Source of the DNA: Convolutriloba macropyga
Taxonomy: Eukaryota
Direction of reading: 5' to 3'
Length of the DNA: 64,000 nucleotides
Assembly: GCF_964194025.1 (NCBI RefSeq)
Contig: NC_134469.1
Span: 82,088,001 to 82,152,000, forward strand
Position 1 is the first letter of the stretch. Every line of letters starts with the position of its first letter. This document shows positions 40,780 to 54,339 of this stretch, one piece after another. Made by a program: the position numbers and the translations under genes. Below the pieces are notes generated by a model that made no database searches, had not been told where the DNA came from, and saw only the letters and a list, made by a program, of their open reading frames with translations.

Positions 40780-43707
40780 TAAGGAGGGCTTTCAAATGAT
40801 GCACTAAGTCATTATATACTAATGTAAAAACTAGAAGATTGTCGTAAAGCAGCCTCCGTTGACCGGCTTGACGCACAGTCTCTGACCACAGTCTCTGACC
40901 AGTTTGAGTGTCAGCGTTCATATTTGGTGTGCAAATTCTGTGTGCGTATTCAGTTGGATTCCAAAATTACACTAATTCGACTTATGAACTGAAGGCTATT
41001 AAGCGTCATAATAATGCCAGCAAGTAATCGCTTTAATGAACTTTAATAATCTAACACTATGACTTAATGACCGGGCTTTATATGTTTATACCGTTGAGAT
41101 AGCTCTAACTTCGACTGTACTCATCACATTGAATAATTCAATACGTGAAAAAATAAGTCAGCAACCACGCGTGAAAATCGTGATTAATGTAAAACGAAGA
41201 ACGTGATTAAAAGTTAAAGCAAATTTAAAAAAAAACGATTCAAAAAATTTTAATTGACTAAACAAAACAAGACCTAAAAAGGACAATGATTGGATTAGAA
41301 AGACTATTTAGAAAAAAATAAGATGAAAAAATTAAATGTAAAAATGCTGCACGAACAAAAAACCATAAGTGAGAAAGCTAATTTTTGTTCAAACACCATA
41401 TTCTCTCTACATTAAAATTTGAGCACTTCCTGGTTCGTTCCACTTCGCTTTTTCGCTCCACTTCCTCGTTCGGCGTGACCAAAATCACCACGCCAATATG
41501 GCTTCAAAAACCATGAAAATGTGTGAACAGCCGGAAATCATGGCCGGAAGACCCCGGAGTCGACTCGAAGTAAAACAAATTACACTAGCCAACCACTAAC
41601 GGTTATAACTATTAACTTTATTATATTCAATTCGAACCAACAACCGGAATAAAACAAATTATCAGGGAAAAAACATTATGGAAAAGTTTTCTTGTAAAAC
41701 TTTTATAAGCTGCCTTTACAGAAGCATTGTGTATGATAGGTTGTCTGGTATAAATTAACTTAGCTCAACAATTGAAAACAAAACGATAGGATAAACATAA
41801 TCAACCATACATCTCGAAAAAAAAAAATCGAGCACAAAGAAAAAGTTAAAGAACAAACCCTAATTTTTTTTAAAAAAAAACTTCGCCGAAAATTGTAAAG
41901 TCTCAATAAACTGTTGCCAACGCATCTTGGAAAGCTGTTCCTGCTGATTTTTTAAGCACCTACGCGGCACAGAAACGCACTGTAAAACACATAAAACGTG
42001 AGCAAGAACAAAAATTTACAAAACGGCACTAATTAATTTACTTGTAAAAATTGTGCTATCAAACCATTAGTTGTTTGGACTTTAAAACATCGACCCTGTC
42101 AACAACTCCAAGTTAACATATAAACATGCACAAATTACACTGAAAGTCAGGAAAACGGAAGAATAAGACAACAAATATTTTAAATGGTTAAAACAAACTT
42201 AAACTGATATTGCCGATGTCGAAAGGCCACCAAACAAACATAGAAGCTCATTTTAACCAATTTTTTTAACGCCAAATACTGAAAAAATAAAAAGAACACT
42301 GAAAAAACCTTACAAAAAGCATCTAAAACGGTGAAATCACAAAAATAGCTCAAGATTGCACATAAAATACCCATATATGATTGAAATGGTTGAAAAGGAC
42401 TCCCAATCGTACACTAACTTATTAAGATGATTTGGAAAAATCGCTTTACCCAAAAAAGTGAAGCAAAAAAACAATAAAAACTGCATCGAAAAAGCCGCAC
42501 GTGATCAAAATATTTTGCTCGCTCTCTCAAAAAATCGCTATGAACAAAAATAACTCTCTCTGCTCTTCAATTTGTTCAGCCGTTTAACATCCACGCTTGG
42601 TTTTCACGTGCGGCAGGCATTGACCTTTGCATCCTGTTGTAAATACACTCCAGAAAATTATCGATAAAAAAGACGCTCCACCATTACTCCGAGCCGTAAA
42701 AAAAGACAACGCCCTAAAACAATTCAAATTCTTTGAATTGTAAAGAGGAGACGGCCTAAAAATAGCCGTTGAGATGTTGACCGCGCCTATTAAAAAATTT
42801 ATAGAGAAAAATTTACACCAATTTGGCGCACTTATCATGACTTCTAGTGGTTGTCTTTAAGTAGTAGACTGTTAGTAGTAAAATTCTTAAATGAGAGAAA
42901 TTTAGATCACGCAAAACGTCAAGGTTGCAAAAGTCACTCCAAAATTCAAATCGGTCAAGCAAAAAATGTGCATAAACAGACCAACACGTTTACAATAATT
43001 GCTTCAAATTTCGTTCGTCAAGCGTGAAAAAGTCACTAAAATAAAAAAATGTTCTTGAAAACGGTCAAGCGAAAATATTACATAAAAAGACACACACACA
43101 CCTTTACAATAATTGCTGCAAACTTCGTTCGAGAGATATTAAACATATTAAACATTGCCTCAAAAATTGTCAAATTTTCTTTGACCAACACTATTAATCA
43201 ATGAGATTTCTGCATTACACAAACAGCGAAACAAAAGGAAAAAGCAGACTCTAGATGCCTTTGAACTTTGAAGGATAGATGTAACTTAAACCGGGTGTAG
43301 GCAGATGAAACAAAACAGCTACAAGCAGTTATACCGCATGCTAAACAACTTTTGTGGAATTTACCCTGCTGTTTACACATTGCAAACTCACCTTTCATCA
43401 ACACTAGGAAAAATTGCAACTTACAACACTCCAAAAGCAACTTTGATTAAATCACTTGATTTACAAACTTCAGGCTACATGCATTACAATAAAACTTTCG
43501 AAACACGTTTCTCAATTTCCTGCTACTAATAGTCTATCAATTTCCACAGTTCTCTAAAACCATTGAGTAAAGTTGACTAAATCCTACCCCCCCCCCCCCT
43601 TATGAGTACAAAAAAATTACTAATTATAATGACTATTACCATTACCGCAAATCATTTTCAGTACAAAAAGCGCAGTTTTGTGTCACACATGCTTAATGAG
43701 AACAAAC

Positions 43708-43852
43708 CTTCACTGGCAATCTGTCCTCCCTTCTCGATGTAGGAGTCAATCTGCTTCTCGTGTTTCTTCACGAAAGGTTTCAACACTTTAGTGTAAATGA
43801 AGTGCGACCCATTCCACTCGTAGGGGGCCATGCACCAGCCCAAGAACAGCAG
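43708..43852 (-). CDS. REEP5: REEP5 coding exon 3
   Basis: tgtttcag|LLFLGWCMAPYEWNGSHFIYTKVLKPFVKKHEKQIDSYIEKGGQIASE G|gtttgt. Confidence 0.92.
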
Positions 43853-44532
43853 CTGAAACATCATATTTAAGAAAATCATCTTGGTAATGGACTTTTAATC
43901 ATTACATTGACTTCAGCTTTTAAAAAATGAAGCGTTACGTAATATATTTAAGTTTATTATTATGGACAGCGAAAAGTGGAGCGCAGACCTTATTGAGAAC
44001 ATGATGGCTTTCCTTTTCGTGAGCAAAATCCATTTCAAACATTTAGACCTAGAAGGACCAAATTTTTGTAATCATGTTATAGGGCGAGGATAAGAAACAT
44101 AATAACAGCTGGCGGTGATAAACGTATCCCGCCTCGTCTAAAAGAAAAACGCAGAAAACTAAACATCTTGCATATTGTTGAACTATTTTTTTGGAATTTT
44201 TTCCCAAAAAAACTGTTTAAAATTAAAACTTTAGAAAAAATCAACAATTTTAAAGCTAGGATGACAAAATGGTAATAAAAGTCTCCCCAAAAATTCCAGA
44301 ATTTTAGCAATTTCCAGTGAAGCGGTTAATTGATCATTTTTTTTTAAAATCTCATAATTCAAAACAATCTAATACTCGAAAAGTTAAATCTCGACTCTTT
44401 GTCAACTTTCTCAAAAACTTAATCTTTAAAAATGCAACCATTTTCCGTAATATTCATTACCTTCGTACAAAAATATTAAAATTCCGAACACAAAACCATA
44501 AGAAACTTCGAAACTTTCCGTTAAAACTTTTA

Positions 44533-44727
44533 GGATCTTTAACGTTTGCGCCCCCCCCCCCCAACACGTTATGCCCCCCCCAGCACGTTATGCTCCCCCC
44601 TCCAGTTACATAGCACGTGTCATTACATCATTACATAGTAAATCATTATGTGAAAATAATGCACGTGCGTCAGGGGGTACAAATAATAAGCACCCACTAA
44701 GCTGGGGGGCACAAACGGAAAAGATAC
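44533..44727. mobile_element. MITE family M1 copy without insertion (serves as the empty-site reference)
   Basis: ggatctttaacgtttgcgcccc...ggggcacaaacggaaaagat; actttta duplicated on both flanks. Confidence 0.75.
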
Positions 44728-45126
44728 TTTTATTTTGACCACAAAGTACCCAGGACAGTAAATCCTCCCCCTATTGGCGAGCATAATTTCAAGCGCTCCT
44801 AGCCTCTGGTAACTGCACCTGACTATCAGTCTTTTGTCACAGGTTCGGTTCTCGCCCATCTATTTTGAGCCTTTAAGGTCAGTGAACTCGCTCGATATGT
44901 TCGCTTAACCATGCTGCTCAATGCGGCTCTTAAACATGCACTTCGAGAGGCCCCTTGAACATGCAAAAAGTTAGTCCAAACTTAAGAGCTCACTTGTTTA
45001 ATATATAGAATTAGCATTTTTCTTTCTAACACACACAGGAACATAAAACGTCTCATCGTCGCAAGAAGTGCTCTCGAATAACAGGCGGAATGATTTTGAT
45101 TAGAAACTTTCTTGTCTAAAAAATCA

Positions 45127-45196
45127 GGATACCCGACACGGGTTCGAACCCTTGACCCTCAGATTTACAGTCATCCATCTTACCAATTGCGCTAAC
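45127..45196 (-). pseudogene. tRNA-derived cassette inside a HINE (CT-GTA-AA loop, Tyr-like)
   Basis: A-box TAGCGCAATTGG, B-box GGTTCGAACCC, downstream T run; stems pair poorly. Confidence 0.6.
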
Positions 45197-45808
45197 AAAA
45201 ACACACCACCGTTTCTCACAATCACTTTTACCGTATCATTAAACATGTTTCAGATTGAGAGCATTTGAGATCACGCTAAAATCAATAAGTAGAGCGTGAG
45301 AATTTTAGTTGACAGCTAAGAGTTTTCTAGAATAGCACAGAATCTTTAAGGCTAAAACTTTGCGGAAAAACACACGTTTACAATAAGAGCTTCAAACTTA
45401 GTTCGGGAGCAATTAAAAAACACAAAGTGCCTAGGACAGTAAATCCTCCCCCTATTGGCGAGCACATTTTCAAGCACTCCTAGCCTCTAGTAACTGCACC
45501 TGACTATCAGTATTTTGTCACAGGTTCGGTTCTCAACCATCTACTTTGAGCCTTTTAGGTCAGTGAACTCGCTCGATAAGTTCGCTTAACCACGCTGCTC
45601 AATGCGGCTCTTAAATATGCACTTCGAGAGGCCCCTTGAACATGCAAAAAGTTAGTCCGAACTTCAGAGCTCACTTGTTTAATATATAGAATTAGCATTT
45701 TTCTTTCTAACACACACAGGAACATAAAACGTCTCATCGTCGCAAGAAGTGCTCTCGAATAACAGGCGGAATGATTTTGATTAGAAACTTTCTTGTCTAA
45801 AAAAATCA

Positions 45809-45878
45809 GGATGCCCGACACGGGTTCGAACCCTCGACCCTCAGATTTGCAGTCATCCATCTTACCAATTGCGCTAAC
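45809..45878 (-). pseudogene. tRNA-derived cassette inside a HINE (CT-GCA-AA loop, Cys-like)
   Basis: Tandem paralogue of 45127-45196 with a substitution in the anticodon position. Confidence 0.6.
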
Positions 45879-47128
45879 AAAAACACACCACCGTTTCTCA
45901 CAATCACTTTTACCGTATCATTATACATGTTTCAGATTGAGAGCATTTGAGATCACGCAAAAATCAATAAGTAAAGCGTGAGAAACTTAGTTTACAGCTA
46001 AGAGTTTTCTAGAATAGCACAGAATCTGTAAGGCTAAAACTTTGCGGAAAAACCCACTTTTACAATAAGAGCTTCAAACTTAGTTCGGGAGCAATTAAAA
46101 AACACAAAGTACCCAGGACAGTAAATCCTCCCCCTATTGGCGAGCACATTTTCAAGCACTCCTAGCCTCTAGTAACTGCACCTGACTATCAGTCTTTTGT
46201 CACAGGTTCGGTTCTCAACCATCTACTTTGAGCCTTTTAGGTCAGTGAACTCTCTCCATATGTTCGCTTAACTATGCTGCTCAATGCGGCTCTTAAACAT
46301 GCGCTTCGAGAGGCCCCTTAAACATGCAAAATTTTGTCTAAATTTAGAGCTCACGCGTTCACGCGTTTAATATATAGGAAAAAACGAATAATCAGCGCTC
46401 TTTTCATTTGACTTTACGTAGTTAATCGCGCTAAAATTTAAGAGGAGAATAAAAAAGAAACTTCGAGAGAAATTATAATTTTATAAGACACTTGGTATTG
46501 ATGGGTACAAATGATTGATGTAGTCCCTTATACTTTCAAATATTTTTCAATTAAATTTTAGAAATGCGCAATAAAGCTGAATGGTACTTCTGAAGTAAAA
46601 AAAAAGAAGAAATCGCAATTAGCATTCACTCCAATAATCATAATAAACCCATTGTTAGGGTTTTCACAATCGGTTTTTTTGTGATAATTCTTTTTCTTTT
46701 CGTCTTTTGGCTTTAAAAGTCTTCACAGCGGATTCATTCAAATTCCCTCGGGTGCAACCACGTGATCTTGCTCAGAGAATACGCAGAATGAAAGGATTTG
46801 AAATATAAAAAAAACGAGAAAATAGCGCCAATAAAATACTTTCCAGGATTGTCGGTCCTGCTAGAAGTTAGCTAGTATGACCTTAGATAAGGCTGGCTTG
46901 AGCTCACAAATAATATCATTGGGTATTGACTGAGTAATATTTCCAATGAACTGTCAAATTCTAGTCATATAGGCTGGAGAAATCTTGAAGTTCATTTAGA
47001 TGCATTTTTTCCAACACCATAGACTACACCCCAATTCTATAAAAACCATTGACACGGGAAGTTCTCTTAGAATCGACGTGTTCGATTTTAAACTACACGC
47101 GATACAGAATCAGCTTCGCGATGTATTA

Positions 47129-47251
<123 letters not shown>

Positions 47252-47295
47252 CTAAAACGTAAATCACACTAGGCTCAACCAAAATTAAACACAAA

Positions 47296-47547
47296 CCGAC
47301 TAATGTCGGAAGGATTGCTCTCGAACAACAGGCGAGGCAACTTAATTCAGGGGCTGTAGCCAAGATAAATTTTTCTTTAAGGGTGCAAAAATAGTTCACC
47401 GCGCTGGGGTTCGAACCATGGACCTCCCGATCCCTTTCTTCAGAGTGTTCTAGAAGAAAAGCGTTAAAACGGTCCAGCGAAAAATTTGCATTAAAAAAGA
47501 CCAACCCGTTTACAATAATTGCTACAACTTCGTTCCAGAGCAATTAA
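47296..47547 (-). mobile_element. HINE family 1 copy with an internal deletion and the 3' half of a tRNA-like cassette
   Basis: Hairpin ccgactaatgtcgg; subTIRs ttgctctcgaac / gttccagagcaattaa; B-box GGTTCGAACCC. Confidence 0.8.
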
Positions 47548-48259
47548 CAGCTTCCAATTCGCATCTTATCAGGAGTTGGCAACATTTTCTGGCTATCAGG
47601 TGCCCAACTAACTAGCATAGTACATTTGTAGAGAGCTTTTTATTTGCACATAGATTAAAAAAATCTAGATCCAGTTCATTGTATGAAAATGAAACCATTA
47701 AAATATGAAATATTTCAAAGCCACATCATGGTACCTAATTGTATATTACCAAAGTAACGTGAAACCCGTCAGAAAATAAGGAGCTCTGGCGTACGGTTGC
47801 TCTAGCTATGATCTACTTTCTATTTTCTGGTCTCTAAGATCTCTGATAAAAACAAATAACTAATATAGAAGACGAATAAAGTTACCTCTTCGTTAGTAAA
47901 AAAAATTCCTTTCTATTTTCGAACTTTTTAACTTTTTAAGCTGCACATTTACGATCTCCTTATGAAAAATATTTGTTTTTTTTGGACACCAAGAGGAATA
48001 AAAGAAAATAGTCGAAATAATTATGTTAAATCAGCCCAATATTTTTTTTCAACAAAGCGACACCGTCAGAACATAATTCAATGACATTTCAACAATTCCA
48101 CTGATTGACATTTCCCCTGCAAACTCCTTCGTGACTCTTCGTTAGTCACCTTTTAGGAAGAGGTTTATAATAAATTTCTGTTCTAAAAGATTGATATATG
48201 AAGCAAAAATATTACAAATTTAGAAGTTAAAATTCATAGCACAAATTTTAAACCTCTTC

Positions 48260-49904
48260 CATTTATAGCACCAGCAAAAAGAAACGTAACGCCCCTCAAA
48301 AACCATTCTGTCTAAAGTAAACAGATTTAGCAGAGGGCGAATAAATTTTACAAAAAACTGCAACAACGAAAAGATCAAAAAATAAGGGTTATCTTGGACA
48401 ATATATTGAAACTAGACAATTTTTTCACAGGTTTCTCTCTCACACGGTAGAACGTAAATCCGTTTTGTCTTGCAAAAATTCCAAATTTGCGCTATTCACA
48501 ATTCCTGAAAAAAAATTAAAATTTTACTTCTCAGGCCTCTTTGTTAGCAGCTTTGCTTCACAGCTAATTTTTGTCATGTAAAAACATACCACCGTTTCTC
48601 ACAATCACTTTTACCGTATCATTAAACATGTTTCAGATTGAGAGCATTTGAGATCACGCAAAAATCAATAAGTAAAGCGTGAGAAACTTAGTTGACAGCT
48701 AAGAGTGTTCTAGAATAGCACAGAATCTGTAAGGCTAAAACTTTGCGGAAAAACACACGTTTACAATAAGAGCTTCAAAATTAGTTCGGGAGCGATTAAA
48801 AAACACAAAGTACCCAGGACAGTAAATCCTCCCCCTATTGGCGAGCATATTTTCAAGCGCTCCTAGCCTCTGGTAACTGCACCTGACTATCAGTCTTTTG
48901 TCACAGGTTCGGTTCTCAACCATCTACTTTGAGCCTTTTAGGTCAGTGAACTCTCTCCATATGTTCGCTTAACTATGCTGCTCAATGCGGCTCTTAAACA
49001 TGCGCTTCGAGAGGCCCCTTAAACATGCAAAATTTTGTCAAATTTAGAGCTCACGCGTTTAAAATAAAGGAAAAAACGAATAATCAGCGCTCTTTTCATT
49101 TGACTTTACGTAGTAAAATTTAAGAGGAGAATAAAGCAGAAACTTCGAGAGAAATTATAATTCTATAAGACACTTGGTATTGATGGGTACAAATGATTGA
49201 TGCAGTCCCTTATACTTTCAAATATTTTTCAATTAAATTTTAGAAATGCGCAATAAAGCTGAATGGTACTTCTGAAGTAAAAAAAAAAGAAGAAATCGCA
49301 ATTAGCATTCACTCCAATAATCATAATAAACCCATTGTTAGGGTTTTCACAATCGGTTTTTTTGTGACAATTCTTTTTCTTTTCGTCTTTTGGCTTTAAA
49401 AGTCTTCACAGCGGATTCATTCAAATTCCCTCGGGTGCAACCACGTGATCTTGCTCAGAGAATACGCAGAATGAAAGGATTTGAAATATCCTATAAAATA
49501 CTTTCCAGGATTGTCGGTCCTGCTAGTAGTTAGCTAGTATGACCTTAGATAAGGCTGGATTGAGCTCACAAATAATATCATTTATAGCACCAGCAAAAAG
49601 AAACGTAACGCCCCTCAAAAACCATTCTGTATAAAGTAAACAGATTAAGCAGAGGGCGAATAAATTTTACAAAAAACTACAACAACGAAACGATCAAAAA
49701 ATAAGGGTTATCTTGGACAATATATTGAAACTAGACAATTTTTTCACAGGTTTCACTCTCACACGGTAGATCGTAAATCCGTTTTGTCTTGCAAAAATTC
49801 CAAATTTGCGCTATTCACAATTCCTGAAAAAAAATTAAAATTTTACTTCTCAGGCCTCTTTGTTAGCAGCTTTGCTTCACAGCTAATTTTTGTCATGTAA
49901 AACA
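48260..49904. repeat. X-Y-X duplication: X = 48260-48586 and 49579-49904; Y is a copy of ~45879-46920
   Basis: Direct sequence comparison; junction microhomologies AAAAC and CATT. Confidence 0.9.
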
Positions 49905-50040
49905 ATTTTCTGAAATTATCAAATTCTATTTTCCCGGTTTTGTTTCACATACAACAATTGCACGAAAACTCTGTCTAATGTATTTGCTAACAAGTACCGA
50001 TAACACGGGACTTAAATTGGCATCAACTTTCAGAACGTAG

Positions 50041-50480
50041 CCGGCAGATCGCCGGAAAATAGCCACCGTTGACGCGCTTGATGCACAGGGGGATTGAAAA
50101 AGAAAATAAATTCAGCTTCTAAACTGAAAGCTAAAAAGCTTGATACCAATGTCAGCTAGCAAATACTCTAATGAACTTTGTAATCTAATTCTCAATGACT
50201 TTATGACGGTTTTATCGGTTTATCCCATCTCTTTTGATTTCGATCTTTTAACTTTGACAGTATTCACATTGCGTAATTGAATGCCTAAAAGAATTCAAAT
50301 CCATTTAGTTGAAACAGTTAGTGAAGTAGAGGTCAGAAACAGTGAAGTGAAACAGTGAAGCCAGAATTCAAACGTGAAAATCGCGACTTATAAAAACGAA
50401 AAACGTGATCAAACAGTAAAGCGAATTTAAAAGGAAAGCGCCTAAATAATAGCCGTTGAGAGGCTGACGGCGGCTATTCA
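50041..50480 (-). mobile_element. HINE family 2 full copy
   Basis: ccggcagatcgccgg plus aatagccaccgt ... aatagccgttgagaggctgacggcggctatt. Confidence 0.75.
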
Positions 50481-50786
50481 ACAACTTATTTTAAAAACCC
50501 ATGACATGCAGCAACCGGTGCTGGCTGTCGCTGTGGAGCTCTGTTCCCGTTGCTGGTCGTCTCCGATTCTCGTACATTTTATTCAAACTAATATTTATAT
50601 TGTTTGTGGATAAACTAGAAGAAACATTCTTTTTTAGAGCTGGGCTCACATATGCTAGTTTATCCATCTATCGCAAGCACAATGGAAAACAGGCGAAATT
50701 TACACACCAAGACCCTCCTCCACAAAAATAGTACTCAGTCACCAAGTAGCGACGAAATTTCAAAGAAGAAGTATATTAAAAACAGG

Positions 50787-51148
50787 CCGACTAACGTCGG
50801 ACAAATTGCTCTCGAAATACAAGCGAGGAAATTTAATTTAGTGGAGGTTGTAGCCTAGGCAACTAATGGGGGCAAATTTTGACGAAGGAGGGGTTCTAAC
50901 ACCCGGACCTCCACTCTAATAAATTAAAGCATTATCCGCTCGGCTTTCAAGGCCTTCTAAAAACCTTTATTGCAACCGCTTTTGTTTTAGCGACAGAGTT
51001 TCTGAATAAGAGCAATTTAGGTCACGCAAAAATAAAGAAGTCAAGCGTGAAGAAGTAACTCAAAAAAAGAAATCGAAAAATTGTTCTGAGCAAAACGGTC
51101 AAGCAAAAATTTTGCATAAAAAAGGAACAATTAGTCGCGAGCAATTAA
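50787..51148 (-). mobile_element. HINE family 1 full copy with a Leu/Ser-like tRNA cassette (~50880-50954)
   Basis: Hairpin ccgactaacgtcgg; subTIR ttgctctcgaa; terminus gagcaattaa; minus-strand AGCCGAGCGG A-box. Confidence 0.75.
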
Positions 51149-51554
51149 TCACGATATTGGGAAACTTAAAAACAAAGTATTTTGTTTTTAAAAAGGATAT
51201 TATTTTGCAGGAAAACGGAGAGTAGAATTCACATTTTCCCATGTCGCAAAAGTCGAACCGTGAAAGCAAAGAAACAAAACAGATTCCGGCAAACGAGTAT
51301 CAGAAGCGACTCAAGATTACAAACTTTAATTTCGGGGAAACAACCAGTAAAAAAGTTAACCGGGATTGGTGAATCTTCCCATCATTTTTCAACTGGGTGT
51401 TTTTAGGTTTTTAGATTGTCTGTTTTTGACAGATCTTCCCATCTATTATTTCGCTTAAACCCATCAATTTGCATCCAAAATTTTTATTACAATTTTTATA
51501 ATTTATGTGAACGATAACAACTAGCTGTGCAAAGTCGCATGTAAGTTTTCTCAC

Positions 51555-51809
51555 CTGTGTGTCGTCGTTTTTATCCTCGCTTTCTATAGCCTTGATTGAC
51601 TTGTAAGCTGGGAAAACGAAGCCGATTAGATTACACAATAGATCTCCGCCATAGCCGAAGACGATGTACAACAGTAGGAAGGCTGCTAAGCCAAGAGCGT
51701 AGTACGTTCTCTTCACGCCCGTTTTGGCTTCCAGCTGCTCGAAATAAGGGGTGAGTTTGCTGTCCTGGTATAGAACTTCATCCAATTTCCTGATGTATGC
51801 TTGTGCCAT
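51555..51809 (-). CDS. REEP5: REEP5 coding exon 1
   Basis: MAQAYIRKL..LEAKTGVKRTY..LLCNLIGFVFPAYKSIKAIESEDKNDDTQ|gtgaga; acceptor ttttttcag 9 nt upstream of the ATG; spliced product ~197 aa. Confidence 0.95.
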
Positions 51810-53401
51810 TTCACTTGTCTGAAAAAAATCACCAAATATCACCAAATTATCAATTTTGTTAATATGATTATTAGAAATCTCATGAGAATCTCATTAGAAT
51901 CATTAATAATCATTAGAATACTCGCATGATTTGTATATAATATTTTTTTTGTTTCGAGTTTCCTTAACCTTTTGGTTATCAAATTCACTAGTTTCGAAAA
52001 AAAAATTAAACAGATAGTCACAAATTAGGGAAGTTCTTTAACTTTCTTAATTAAAGCAAGGGAGTAGGAGGATTATCCCATTACGTTCAAAGTTCACGCA
52101 ACATGTCGCCTAAGATAGGGTTTTTACATTGAATTTTTTGTGTTGAATTTTCATAAGTATTGATTCTTTGCCAAATAAAAATGTTGGGGTGGGGGGGGGG
52201 CATAAAAAATGCTTAACATCAATTTAAATGCGTTAATTAGCACTACAATTATAATCCAAAAATGATAACAAATCTAAACACCCAAAACGCCCCCAAAAAT
52301 TATGCCCATGACTCGTTTTTGAACGTTGGTATGTTACAAGTTCTCGATATTTTAACTTTTACAAGACAAACCTTTGTTATTTTCTGTTAAATGCAAAAAC
52401 CACGTTGTATGTTTACGTCATTCTATTAGAGCAGTATAAGTCATGAACAAATGCAAAAGAACGTGAACAAACTTTTGACCAGATGAAAATAAACAATGCA
52501 AAACTTCATATTTGTGGTGAGCGCGTAAAAAATTACAACACAAACTTGCGTTAATTTTGATTTAATGTGCAAGTTAACCTCTATTAAACATGCATTAAAC
52601 TACATAGACTAAGAGCAGATTCAGGTAACAAAAAGTAATCATCCTTAAAGGCTTTAAGAGTAGATCAATAAATCGAATCGAATTTTTAGTAGTATTCTAC
52701 CTACGCTGAACTTTAAACTGCTTGTAAATTATACTCGTTTGATCTTACTTATGGCAACAACCTCGTCAAAGAGAAGAACAATTTCCTGCTTCGCCATATT
52801 CTGATGCAACATTCCTTCCCACCCGCCCCAGCTTTGGAGTATGACTATAATTGTAATCGATATTTTTGATACTTCGACATAGTTATATTGGTGTTTTGAT
52901 TTGGGCATACAAACCATAATCAGCTTAAAAGCAAGCATTGGTTCCCTCAAACGTTCTTGAAAACGAAATCGTTGTCCACAAGAGCAGAGTTGGAGGGGGT
53001 GGGGTGGGGGGTTGAGAGATGCAACCGTTAACGGTTACGGATCCATGGAAAATTGCGATTGAAACTTGAGAGCAAATACCTCACTTAATATAGTGAAATT
53101 CATGAATACACCTTCAATTCTAAATGCCTTCTTTAAAAAAATGCCTTTTTCTTTATATCCATTTTCAATTTCATACAAAAAGAAATCTCACTTTCTTTAT
53201 TAAACCATTAGATTAGTGCGTGCGTGTATAGACAGACTCCGACCAATAAAAGCTTTTAGAACAAAATTTTTTCAAGATAGATTTTGTATTGCAGGTTTAT
53301 ATAAAAGGTAACCGTAACTAATTTAGCAATAAACAAAGATAAGAATTCCAATCACACAAAATCAGTAAACATCACGCTTGAGTTCAAACCGTTTTTTTTG
53401 T

Positions 53402-53637
53402 TCACACAAAACGTTGTTTCAGACTTTTCAGCTGCAGCCTGAGTCGAAAATTTTCTTTCCTGTTCGTCATTTCGCGCCATTTAATTCTCGAGATCAGTTT
53501 CCTCAAACGATTTTTTTGCCGTTTCAAATCCTCGATTTCTTGACCGATGTGACGTTGGGAAGTATTTACAACAGGTGTGCTTTTTGTCAAGCCAGAGTAG
53601 TTTGTTGAAGTAGAATCAGCGGCGAAAAATGATGACT
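53402..53637 (-). CDS. EIF2AK1: HRI/EIF2AK1 coding exon 2 (end of kinase domain plus C-terminal coiled coil)
   Basis: Acceptor gctttttcag; the phase-1 join gives RPSADEILE-SSFF, then ..QEIEDLKRQKNRLRKL..ENFRLRLQLKSLKQRFV*. Confidence 0.85.
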
Positions 53638-53916
53638 CTGAAAAAGCAAATCAAAGTTGTGCTTATAAGTCATGGATCAGAATGCGATGTGAATCTCAGC
53701 ATTAAAAACGCTAAATTTGAATGCAGGCGTAATTCGACTCAGAAAACTGTATCATTACTGTCCGTTGCTATGTAGTCATTGTCACATTTGAGAGGCGAGT
53801 AAATAAACCGGAATTATTAAGCAAGTTCCGCTTTATAGTCATAAAAGACTTATTAATGCCATTTAACCTTAGAACCAAAGAAAACTTTCTGACATAATGA
53901 ACGTTTAAGCACATAA

Positions 53917-54339
53917 CCGACTAATAACGTGAGAATTGCCCTCAAACGACCATCGAGCGGTTAGTTTTGATAGAGGCCAGCGAGGGCTTAGGGATGCTAT
54001 CATTGGAGGCGGGGTCGAGTGGAGTGGTGAAGGGCAGGTAGGGTTTGGAGGACTGGACGAGAGGGCGTGAAAAGTGAAAAATCGACGAGTGGAATAGGGT
54101 GGACATGGGGGAGTGTGTCTCTGGGGGGGGGGGGGGTTGCCGGCAAGTGAGTGCATGTTTGTTTGCGTGTGTGTGTGTGTGCGCGGCTGCCCTTTGGGCT
54201 TTACTTGTTTAACCCCTTTTGTAGGGACGAAAAATCAAAAGGGTCAGAGAAAAAAAACGGAAAATCGGTCAAGCGAAAACAAGCATAACAGACCACAGGA
54301 CAAATATAATTACTAAAAGCTTCGTTTGGAGGCAATTAA
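53917..54339 (-). mobile_element. HINE family 1 variant carrying a G-rich / (GT)n interior instead of a tRNA cassette
   Basis: ccgactaataacg plus ttgccctcaaac ... gtttggaggcaattaa; G runs and (GT)n at 54000-54185. Confidence 0.7.

Larger units (their letters stand above)
44741..46360. repeat. Tandem array, ~681-bp period, ~2.4 units; each unit is flanking DNA plus one HINE family 1 copy
   Basis: acaaagt(a/g)cc(c/t)aggacagtaaatcc recurs at 44741, 45422 and 46104; HINE termini at 45401-45416 and 46083-46098. Confidence 0.92.

Noticed and set aside
45127-45878. Functional tRNA-Tyr and tRNA-Cys genes
   Set aside because: Acceptor, D and anticodon stems do not pair, and both lie inside repeats
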